Below, piece after piece: positions 39,750 to 51,300 of a stretch of DNA of 64,000 nt. Origin of the DNA: Gnetum montanum (taxonomy: Eukaryota > Plantae > Gnetophyta); assembly GCA_015680685.1 (NCBI GenBank), contig MNCI01003186.1:453068-517067 (forward strand), given 5' to 3'. The notes under the pieces are model-generated. The model did no database searches. It was not told the origin of the DNA and saw only the letters and a list, made by a program, of their open reading frames with translations. The translations under genes were made by a program, and so were the position numbers. Numbering within the stretch: position 1 is the stretch's first letter; every line of letters begins with the position of its first letter.

Positions 39750-40269
39750 TACTTGAAGAAAAATTACTCAGACTGATGAAAAACAAGTTGGAACAGCTTC
39801 ATCAATCAATATTCCATGCCTTCTATAATATGCAAAAAAATCACAAGTGTATGCACAACCATTTGAGGAGCATCTCTACATGAAACATCCTAACAAAATA
39901 GGCCTTCTTAAGCCAAAACAACATGAGATAGTAGTACACAAAATTTGAACTAATAAATCGAGAAAAACATAGAAAGAGAGAGAAAAAAACAACAAATAAT
40001 GGCCAAGGTCAAAAAGACCCCTGCAAAAAGTAAGTTCACCTATTTAAATGCAGAAAAATTGAGCTATTATTAAATAAAAATACAAAAGAAAAGCATATAG
40101 ATTCACCATGTTTTGGTTTCATCAAAAGCAATGATGTAGTTGCAAATGAGATTGTTTTGTTAAGTAGCATTGGATTCTTTCTTTGTTTTTATATTTTTGA
40201 ACTAGTCAAAACTTAAGAAGACGAAGGCTCTAAAAATTCCATCCTGAATTCAGAAAATTTTCTATAAAA

Positions 40270-40890
40270 ATAAGAAATTAGATAGAGGACAAAGATCTTT
40301 TGGAGGTATTGTCATTTTGATTCGAAATAATTTAGCACAACATATATAGTTATAAAGGATAGATGAATATAGACAATTGATTTCATGCAAAGTAAAGCAC
40401 AAGTATGATCATCCTTTTGGTTGTATACTATTTTGCTTCCAAAAATGCCACATTGGACAACAATGAAGGGATATCTAGAAAGCACCCATTTTACTATTTA
40501 GGAGAAAATATAGCACAATGTTCTAGTTAAGATGCAGTTCTTATTGGTGGAGATTTTAATGCCAAAATAGGATCACAGTAAAAAAAAATCACATAGTAGC
40601 AATGCAAAACTAGTGGCATTAGTAGTACTAGTAGCAATCCTAGACTAGATACTTTATTGAAACTATTGCTAATGAAATAGAACAATAGTTAATGAAATGG
40701 GAAAAAACTCTAGATTTGTTAAATTGTAATATCTAGAATGTGTTTCATAGGACTGCAACATTTATTTTTATAAATACACCAAGGTAACTCCTACATTCAC
40801 TTCTTATTGTCTACTAAAAATATTTACCAAATAAAGAGTTTTAATATAGGAGAGGACTTATTTAAACCAAACCATCACCACTTATAATTT
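40270..40890 (+). pseudogene. Decayed non-LTR retrotransposon (LINE) APE endonuclease domain
   Basis: Translations RGQRSFGGIVILIRNNL (~40285) and DAVLIGGDFNAKIG (40531-40572) match APE endonuclease motifs; many stops and frameshifts. Confidence 0.65.
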
Positions 40891-42821
40891 GAAATTAAAA
40901 GTTATCATTTCATTCACTACTAAGAAGACTTTTTTTTTTTGGTTTTCTGTGTTGTTTGCTTGCAGAGAAGATCCATCCTTGCAGAAAGAGATAAATATAA
41001 GGACATTGAATTGAGAAAGATAGGATAAAACTTTGATGCATGTACTTTCACAAGTAATTAAGTAGGTCACCATAACACAAAAATCTAGGTGTCATAAGCT
41101 TGTATAATCAATACTACAAGCAAGCTTGTTGGGATATTAAAATGGTGAATCAAAGTGAAGAAAGCATTTGATTAACAAATTCAAGTGCCAAATGAAAAAT
41201 AAGAAAAGATGTTTTATTCAAAAAGAAGTGACTTTTGCATAAATGATTAATAAAAAGCCTAGATCACCCATAGGCTTAATGCTCATCCCACTAAGATGAA
41301 GTCTTAGAAGAGTTGATGGATGAATGAAAGCCTAACCTCTTTCATGTGACTGCACCTAGGCTTGATATAAAACCCTCCCAACACACAATTTCTCTTTCTC
41401 TAAAATTTTCATTGATGAGTCGCAAAAGTTACCTATGAATTAACTTAAATTTACTACTTCTAAAAAATATGTTTATAGTTTATAAGGTTTTTTGCTAGTT
41501 TTTTTATGTAATGATTACTTGACCCCTTCTTTTGCACCAATTTTTTTAAAAAACTACAAAGAAAGAGACTTCAGTGATAATGAAGCTTAAAAAAGCTAGT
41601 TAAAATTTGTAAGTCTTGTAATTTTGAATACTTCCAAGCTCTCCTTATTTAATTGTATGAGAATAGCTTTTGGCTATGATGTGATGAAATTTTTTATATT
41701 ATCTAATTAATAAAATCTGTGGTTGGATCCATATTTAATATTCCATCCCAAAAATATAAAATAAACTAAACTAAAATAAATACCTCCAAAATATGTTTGG
41801 ACTTTGGAATAGTGAATAATGCTTTAACCCTCACACAAAGAACATAAAATGTTTGGCCTTATATCCCAATTCTTATGTTCTACAATTACTTTTTTAAATC
41901 ATGAATCTATTTTGACTAGAACATATTTAGATAGAAGTTCTCCTAATCAAAAATACAATGGAACACTTCCTAATTGAAATAAATTCTCAAGCTACCAAAC
42001 TATGCCTTGATGTAGGTAGAACAAGCTTCATTTGGTCTCAAATTTGTAGCATTTAAACTCGTTTCAGTATTTTACTAGTTAACATGTTGAAATGGTAAAG
42101 CAGAGTTCATCTCAACCCTGATGGTTATCCAGATTTCCTTTTGGCAAAAGCCTACAAATGCAGAGCAATAGTATACGATGTAAGCCTAAATCCTAAACCC
42201 TAATATTGGTAGCTTGTTGATGAGAAATTTACAATTTTCTTTTGAATAAATCTAATATGTGATATTTTAATAATACATGAAGCTAGTAATACCATTGATG
42301 TCTCATTTAGTATTGCAGAGGCTGCAAGATGCATATAAAGTTAACTCCATAGAAAGAAGTGTGTGGCATAACTTATAAAACATAAAATCTACCACATTCA
42401 GCTCTACGAATGACATGTTTTCACTACTAAATGTTGCACTGTGAAATCAAAATCAAAAACAACAATTACTTTTGCATAGTTTCTTTGTTTAAGCCTTACA
42501 TGAAGGACTGTCCAATTACTCGCTACTATCAATATTGTGCAGAACCTATGGTTTTTCATGTTCGTGATTGTTTGCTGTGCTTGTAATTCTATATGGTTAT
42601 TGAAATATGACATCATGATAAAAAATAGAACTTGAATGGTAAGGGGTGTTAAACTTAAAATAATTTCATTTGTGAATTCTAATTCAAAAAGGAAAGGTTT
42701 AATGATTTTTTGGATGTTTTTTAAGTAAAATCTTCTTATTAGATAGGAAATAATTTGATTGCACCTACAATACCAAAATATATAGCTAATAAGATAGGAA
42801 TATAATAATGCTTAAAATGTA

Positions 42822-43203
42822 GAGGTTATTAGAACTCAAAATAATTGAAACATAGGTATACCCTAAAATATATGGTCCACATACATAGAATTTTATAACT
42901 CAATATTGTCCATCAAAATCGAACCCATGACTTAAAGTTTCCAAATCAAGGGTTTTACATAACAATACTTGAAGTTTGGGATAGTTGAACCCAAAATAAA
43001 TGAAACATAGGTACACCAGAAACTATATAGTCAAATAATAATACTTAAAGTATGGGGTGTTGGAACCAAAAATAAGTGAAACATAGGTACACCACAAAAT
43101 AAAAAGTTCAATATAAACTTTATACAAGTCAACATGATCCACTAGATTCAAACCTATAACCTAGAGCTTTTAAATCAAGTGCCTTGCCACTAGGCTAACA
43201 CCT
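42822..43203 (-). mobile_element. Cluster of 2-3 tRNA-derived SINE-like copies
   Basis: Minus strand of 43140-43203 reads GGTGTTAGCCTAGTGGCAAGGC...GGTTATAGGTTTGAATCT (A- and B-box-like). Shared body GAACCCAAAATAA.TGAAACATAGGTAC at ~42832, 42987 and 43063. Confidence 0.55.
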
Positions 43204-43568
43204 ATTATCAATCTCTTATCTAACAAGATAATAGGTGAGTGGTTTGGATAGTCTAGTATATAATAGTAAATAGCTGAACAATGCTAGTTTTATTATGGTT
43301 AAAGAATTACTATCTATTGGAAATAATTTTGTAAAGCTATTGAGGTATGTGTAATTTGTTGGTTAAGGAATCTAACTTGCATTGTACTAGTTATAGATTT
43401 ATTATAGGTTATCATCTATGTTTACAACCTTTGCATCTAAATGAATTTCAAAATAAGGCCTATTTCACTAACTATGGCTATAGGAAATTCCTTGGTGGTT
43501 GGGAAAGGATACAAGTAAAAATTGTCAGAACCAAAATAAGTTGACTATCTAAATTTTCTCTAGCAAAT

Positions 43569-44420
43569 TTGATGTGTTTTCAATGAAGGTGGAGCAAGAT
43601 GAAAGAGAGAAGAAATATCACAACCCAAAAGAACTAAAGCCTAAGATATATAACCAACATATGATTTTAGAAAAATTATAGAAGGATATAAAGATGTCAC
43701 AAATATAACTTGAACTGGAAACCTCTTGCCTTACAAGATAATGAGTTAAGCACTTGGGTGTCAAACCCCAAAAAATATATATATAATAAAAATTTAGAAG
43801 AAAAAAGCAAAGGAGTACTATGAAGAGAAAAACCACCAAATATACAAAAGAAGAAGCCTAATATTTTTGGGGATGTATTTTCAAGTTTTCATCCTTACCA
43901 CCAATTCTAAAAAACCTCCCCTGTGAGGTAGGAAATTATACATTCCATGCAAAGATTAACATTAGGTGAAGGGGAAGGAGGCCCCCACCTTGTCAATAGA
44001 ATCAACATTCTCAAAAGATATTATCTCCATATCTTAACCAATAATTGCAAACAAATTATTAGTAGTTAAAATATATTGAACATGTTATCCATTTTGAAGA
44101 TTTGGCATGCAATCACCAATAAATAGAATTTTTCAATGTTTTTTTATTATTTTATGAGATTGTAGGAACCAATAGTTATTTCTCCTTACTCATTAAAGAA
44201 TTCTTTGCAATTGATTTAACTAGAACCTTTCTCAAAGTTACATTTTGTTGAACAACTATAAAAGAAAAGGGTGGGTCAATTGTTGAAGCATCAATAAAAG
44301 AAATTGTTAGAAAATATATATCATCTATAGAAAAACCCTCGGTAGCATCTACAAAATTTGTAAATGAGACTTTAGTAGTGTTTATAGTAGCTTGGTGTTG
44401 ACATACTTGCATAGCCTTTT
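43569..44420 (-). mobile_element. Possible degenerate LTR-retrotransposon 3' end with a short LTR (~43569-43895)
   Basis: Minus strand shows purine-rich GGTGGTAAG followed by GATGAAAAC...ACACATCA. The upstream ORF fragment has no recognisable motif. Confidence 0.25.
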
Positions 44421-45338
44421 TTCACAACATAAAATGACACAAATCAAATATATGACCTTCTAGATGACAATAGTAACATGATTTTGAAAGATTGTAATAA
44501 AAAACCTTATATACATAATCAACTTTGTTAGCATGCAAAATAATTTCTTACATTAGAAAATTAAGATCCACCTCAATCGTATATCAAATTTTACAAAAAA
44601 CCCACTAGTTGTAGCTAGGATTTTAAAATGCTTGATTGGCTCAATTTGAGAAATAATATCCCTTTTAACCTTTTTCAAAAATCAATGGAAGATTTGATAA
44701 TTCAACAAAATAAGGAATCATCTAAAATTTAGGAGATGATAAATTAAAAGAGAAAGTAAACTTTCAAATAATTAATAGAGCATGATGATGATTGAAAACA
44801 TCAATATCAAGGACTTTAAAAACCATTGCTGAATCAACAAATTCTACCAATAGTAAGAAGTTTGACAGATAACATGCATAGATAGCATCAAATCCTTGAT
44901 CTTTTCAAACCATATTTAAATGACTTAAAAAACTTGAGAAACAAGATAATTAAACCTAGAATTTGCATGAAGACATGCCTTTTATACATTTCCTACGTAA
45001 TATAGTCATATATATCATCAGGCAACTTGTAGAATGACAAAGAAGCAATGTATTTTCTTGAATAATCACCTACTAAATATAGTAATAGATTCATTAGAGA
45101 AATATTAGATCTAATAAAAAATTAGATTTACTTGAGTTAACCACTTGAAATAGCTATTGTTGGCTACATTTACATTACTTTCAACATTTGTGCTTGAACT
45201 TAAAATAGTAAAAAGATTTGATATAATTATAGAAAATTGTTCGGTGTTGAATCCAAAAAATTGAATAATAATATTTTAAAAATCCAGAGTACATAAAATC
45301 AATAGAAAGAGAGTCCAAAGAAAAAACCTAATAACAAT

Positions 45339-45477
45339 GAGGTGTTAGCCTAGCAAGAGTCTTGACCTAGTACCCCTAGGTCATATATTTGATTCTACTA
45401 GATAGCACTAAGTTATAAACTTTTATAAATCTTGGGGTATACATATGTTTTAATTATTTTGGGTTCAAACATCCTCC
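45339..45477 (+). mobile_element. tRNA-derived SINE-like copy
   Basis: GAGGTGTTAGCCTAG...GGTCATATATTTGATTCT...ATTATTTTGGGTTCAAAC, homologous to 43053-43203 in the opposite orientation. Confidence 0.5.
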
Positions 45478-46055
45478 CTAAAGAAAAAGTCTAATAGTTT
45501 TGGGAATGTCTTTTTAGATTTTCATCTTTACAACAAATTTAAAAAAATATCTCTTTTAACATAGGAAAAGGATTAGGCATTGTCTTTGTTTAAAAGCACC
45601 TTCATAGGTTTTCACTTCTTAGCAAGGGGTTTTTATATAAAGAGAAAGAGAAAACTCTCTTTAAACATAAAATAACATATCAATAAAAAATAATGAATAA
45701 ATAGATATAGAAGTTGAAAGCTTCCCATCATTAAATCTCTAAAATAAAATAAATTAATACATTAGAAAATAAAGTAATTGTTTAGCTTTCACTTGGAGCC
45801 TCTTTGCTTGAAGTTATAACTAAAAAGTGACATTTTTAAGAATCTAATATTTAACTCTTGAAGAGAGATCTTAATTATGCTCTTACTACTCTAAAATTAC
45901 TACACAATAAAGCTTCCAAATAACATAGAGAATAAGTGATTGAAGATATTTCTAAATGCAAATAAATAAAGTAGACAAAGTAGGTTAATCACCAAAAATG
46001 ATTTCATTAATACTTAGTTAAATTTGTTACAAATTTTGAATGTCCATTTCCAAAA

Positions 46056-46941
46056 TGATGAGTTGCAGATGGTTCTATCGATGAGGCCACGTCAACTAGG
46101 TCCCATCCACACATCATTTCATGCATCGATTAGGCCGCATCGATGTAGGATCTATTCTTGCCTATAAATACATGCTCACTAGCTGTGTTTAAGGAAATAG
46201 ATTGATAGCAATAATAGAGCTCTTGTAATTTTTTCATTCAAAAGTTAGAATATTTTCCTGAGTGCTTGCAACAGGAGTCATTAAGTATACAAATCTTTAT
46301 TTAAGCATTATTGTACCTAAGCACGATAGTGTGTACAATAATAAGGATGAGCTTCTTGATAAACCTTGTAGCATTCTAGATAATTTAGCTATTTTATTCA
46401 TGCATTTAATATTTTTAGTTATTTATTTAATGTTTTTCATTAATTAAGCTAATTAAGTGAGCTAAGCTAGATAGATTCAATACATAAGTATGACCACTTC
46501 GAGCATAACACGTATTCACTTGGTAATCCCAGTAGCATTATTGCTTGGTATGCCCAATAACATAACACTTGGTAACCCAGTAGTGGATATGTGGGTTTAG
46601 GATGTGTGTGGAAAGTGGAACTAGATGCTTATGCTAGGATTAGTTAGAAATTGGTTAGTTAGTTAAATCAAAGTAATCATTAAATTATTTTTCTCTCTCT
46701 TCAAGCTCTAAAGAACATAAAACATAAAATGATAAAAATCATATGCCTTAATTACACTTAACCATACCTTTGCACTTCACAAGTGTAATTGGGAAGACAA
46801 CGAATGACCTTCAAGGCAAGTTTCACTTCCTAGAAGACTAATGTATTGAAAATTATAGATTCCATGAAATTTGATTAGATCTCACATGAGCACTCTATGA
46901 TTCGTATGGTTGGACATAGGGGTACCCTTCACTACTCATCA
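46056..46941 (+). mobile_element. Solo LTR (Athila-like family), 886 bp, TSD CAAAA
   Basis: TGATGAG...CTCATCA termini flanked by CAAAA at 46051-46055 and 46942-46946. No PBS or PPT adjacent. Confidence 0.9.
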
Positions 46942-47008
46942 CAAAATAATAACATATTTTGCATCATCATTACTTCATTATTTAATATAAACCTACTCAT
47001 CAGCATTA

Positions 47009-47157
47009 AGTGTTAGAACCCAAAACCTTTGTTTAACAATATTTACCCTCAAGATATATAGTCAAACTAGAATTTTATAACATAGTACTACCCACTAGAA
47101 TCAAAATAATAACTTGAAGTTACCAAATCAATAATATTACCACTACGCTAATACCTC
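47009..47157 (-). mobile_element. tRNA-derived SINE-like copy
   Basis: Minus strand GGTATTAGCGTAGTGGTAA...TTTTGATTCTAGTGG, with a body similar to the 42822 copy. Confidence 0.45.
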
Positions 47158-47239
47158 ATTATTCATACCAATGTTAGATTTAACCTTTGAGTTAACATCA
47201 TTCTTATTAGATAAGGACATGCATGTCTTATAAGCTATC

Positions 47240-48086
47240 TAATGAATTTCGTTTTGCATAAGCTTCGATATCAAGGTGGTCACAATATTAGGTACATGAT
47301 ATCAGGTATGCAATATCATAGCCCAAGATGTGATATTGGGCATGCGATATTGCAGGGTACTCCTGGGCCTATAAATACAGCCCTTGGGCACACTATTCAT
47401 GAGTAGTTTTTAAAGTCAAGTAGTGAAATTATTGTAGTTTATTCATTCAAGAGTTAGAATATTTTCCAAGTGCCCACAGTAGGAACTCTAAGTGTAATTG
47501 GATCTTTATTCAAGCATTGATGTACTTGAACACACTATTATGTTGGCAATAAAGATGAGCTCTTTCATTCATCCTTGTAGCACTTGAGACTTTCTTTCTT
47601 TATGCATTTATATATTGTGATTTCATGCAATTTACATTAATTTTATTCATTTAGAAATTAATTAAAATACACAAGCATGACCCCTTCAATCATATGTGTG
47701 ACACTTTTTAGCTTAGAAATAGTTAGCATTTGATAGCCTAGTAGTGTTTACATGAAGTTTAGGATGTGTCTGAGAAGTGGGGATGGTTACTTGTGTTAGG
47801 CTAGATTAGACAATAGTTCACTTAGCATTTAATTACTCTCACTTTCATTATTATTTTAGGTGATCAAATTGATAAAATGTAAAATGATAAAAATCTTATG
47901 CCTCAGTCACATTTAACCATACACTTACATTTCACAAGTGAAACTAGGAAGACAACGAATGGACAACATAAACTCATCATTTAGCTCTAGTGTACTTGGT
48001 AATTAAAGTTTTTGGAATTCGACCAGATCACATGTGAATGCTTGTGATTCATATGCTTACATGTAGGGGTACCTCACTACTCATCA
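47240..48086 (+). repeat. 5' LTR of element A (847 bp)
   Basis: Aligns with 63643-64000. TATA-like CCTATAAATA at ~47368; ends CTACTCATCA before the PBS. Confidence 0.88.
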
Positions 48087-48309
48087 TTGGCACCATTTCC
48101 AGGGACTTTAGTTCTATGTGCACTATCAAAAATTAGTAAAACTTAGTAACCTCATTGTTCAAGTCCTAAAGGAAAAATCTTACAAAAATAAAATTATTAT
48201 TACAACTGAATTAAATATTAACTACACATTGCATATAGATTTATTAATATAAAATATCTTCTTTTCACAGGAGTCTATCTCTGCCTAGGGCAGGCCAAGT
48301 ACCTCAGCA

Positions 48310-51300
48310 ATACCAGGTGGTGTATGCTCATCCCAATGAGTATATACCAAACTTCACCTTCATTTTACATCAAGATGAAATGTTGTAATGGTGTGACATG
48401 GAAGGTAACATTGTGTTGCCACTGAATCAGTCTGTTCTAGCTATGCTATAGCTAATGCTTGCACAACATGGACTTCAACATCTTCATGGGGAGTATGAGA
48501 TGTGAGATCCCAATTCAAGGGATTACCATGCCACTAATGCACAAAGGTTAAGGGATTTTCAGCTATAGCAACAACATGAGCTTTTGAAGGGCAAGGAATC
48601 AAACACTTTTCCACCTCCACTTGGCCCATTAGATGGAGGAAAATATGTCTTTGGGGGCTTTTCCTTTAGTGACACTCCTTTCTTTGACTTTGTTCAAGGG
48701 GCCCTTAACTAGAACATGCAATCCACAATTCATAATCCTAGTTTTGGTTGAAATGGATCTAATAACAGAAATGAATCTGGAGGAGCCAGTCATGACAAGG
48801 GGGTAAGTGGAAGTCATGATTGTGATCATGGTCATGATCATTGAAGAGAAGGTGGTAGGAATCAGCATAATACAAGTCCTCTTTCCTCTTTCCCTTCATC
48901 TTCTTCTTCTTCTTCATCATCTAGCTAAGATCATGGACATAGAGGGCATGACTGTAATGGAGGTAACCAACGGGATTGGAACAACAGAAGGAATCATCAA
49001 GACAATTGTGATTAGATGCGTGGGTGATCCAGATAAACCCACCATCATGAAAGAAGGGTTAGTAGAGAACATCATAGGAACCATCACTATGGCCTTGATG
49101 AACCTCTACTTTCCACTCAAAGCATGCTAAACATTGTAGAGGCTATGAAGATTCCAATAAGGCATGTAAAAGATAGCAGAATAAAGAGGCTGGACATGAA
49201 CAAAATTCCTCTGTTTAACGAAGGCTATGATGCTAATTTGCAAAATCATCTCCAAGCCTTCCAGGATGCATGTGCCTTGTAGAATATTGAGAAAAATTGG
49301 TAGAAGTTGAAATTATTCCTAAGGACACTCATTAAGGAAGTAGAAAACTAGTACCAGTTCTTGAAGCCAAAATCAATCAAGTGATGGAGTATGATGTTAG
49401 AATTGTTTAATGACAAATATCAAATGTACTACCAAGTGTCCAATCTAAGAAGAAAGATCCAAGGGTGGAAATAAAAAAACCATGAGCCCTTGGATGCTGG
49501 TATTGGCCAATACTACTCTTTGTTGCATAAGTGTCCTGGCCATGGATACTCTCAGTTGGATCAACTCTGCCATATTATAGATGAGTTGTGATCTAAAACA
49601 AGGAAAACCCTTGGTGTCTATACTTAAGGGAGACTAATAGAGTTAAGTGTCCATCGGATCCAAAATTTAATTGAGTAGGTAGCCATGAAGGAGGGAGAGT
49701 TGAGAAAGTGAGAAAGTATAGAGGAATACAATAGAGAACCTTCTATTCACAAAATGAGGGTTCGATTTTGTGATAGTGAGGATGAGTTAACTAGAGATGA
49801 GGTGGTTAATTAGAAAACCTTACCACTTCAAAAATTGTAGTATGAAATTATGGCTAAGGTTGATCAATTATGGGACTCCATCGATAAGAAGTTTCAAGCT
49901 ATTTTAAAAATTGTTAAAGAGTCCAAAGAATAAAGTGGTGAGCTTGAGTGCTAGAGATGTAAAGAAGCTGAATGTGCCATATCCAAAGGTAAGGGTAAGA
50001 TGGCTATGATAGAGATGGTTGTGGACAATAAATCAAATGATTATGGTGGGTGTGACATTTGCCAATATGAACATCCCAAGGGATTCTATCCAATTGTATC
50101 ACACTTGTAAGAATTTGGGGTGTATGCCTTACATTCATGACTTGCACAAAGGAAAACACCCAAAAGATTTCCTTATCCATAAGGCAACTCTCAATAGTTC
50201 CACCAACCATAATAGTATTATGCAAGTGGAACTCTATCACAACCTTATGAATTGTACTAGCAGTGATAAAAACTGCAATCATGGGCATTGGCACCTCCAA
50301 GATAGTAGTACCCCTACCAGCAACCAGATCCTTATTCTTATTATGTTCAGTAACCTTCATCTCAATAAGACTCCTCTAGCCATGTTGCTACTTACCAACC
50401 TGACCACTATCCTCCTAAAGTGTACCAATTGCCATATGCAAGGAGGGACACCACCTACTATCCTCATGTTCCTCCTATTCCTACACCTACTCCTCTACCT
50501 CCTACATAGCTACCACCTACTCTATCCATGCAGGGTGAATTTCTTGACCAACCATAGCAAAGAAACACTATGAGGATGGTTAATCTACAATTGGTTAACT
50601 AACCAAGTGGGTTGGAATCATGAACAAAGAAAATATCCTTCTTCCAAACTCGTAGTCCACTAAAACCCTTAGACACATCAATAGTTGGTAGTCCTACTCC
50701 TCCACCTTTCTCCCTCACCTTTATCTAAGTTCCCTTCAAACTAAAATCTCTCTGGAATCCATACTATAATGTCGACCCATATTTTATCTGATTAGATTTG
50801 AGCTAGTAACCTACCCAAGAAGTTAGCTGATCCCAGGAGTCCCTTAGCATATTTGCAAATTACTGGGAATGAGCCTTGTATAGCTCTTCTTAACTCTGGT
50901 TCCAGTTTTAACCTGATCTCACATGAGATGTACACTACATAGAACTTTCCTTCCTTAAAGAAGAGCAACATCAGGAGAGCTAGTAGACTAGCCCATCACT
51001 ATTCCATTAGGATTGGTAGAAGAAATCATGACCACCATTTGTAGATGGTCATATCCTACTAATTTTCTAGTAATTAAGGTGGAGAATTGTAATGGGGACT
51101 TTTCAATTATTATGGGAAGGGCATGGTTAAGCACTGTTGATGCTAAAATGGGCATTAGATATCTTTCCTTAGAGATATCCAAGAAAAATAAATTTGGTAA
51201 GATCAAGAAAAAGAGGGCTCCATGTATTACGTACAATGATTTAAGGTGCCATTGTATGTAGAAGCTATGGTTAGTGAAGCAAACCTCTATCTCTATATGC

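Noticed and set aside
41000-42700. LINE reverse transcriptase or a host gene
   Set aside because: AT-rich and stop-ridden; no YADD-type or other diagnostic motif could be read.
43140-43203. Functional tRNA gene
   Set aside because: The acceptor and anticodon stems do not pair, and the head is attached to a repeated non-tRNA body, so it fits a SINE better.
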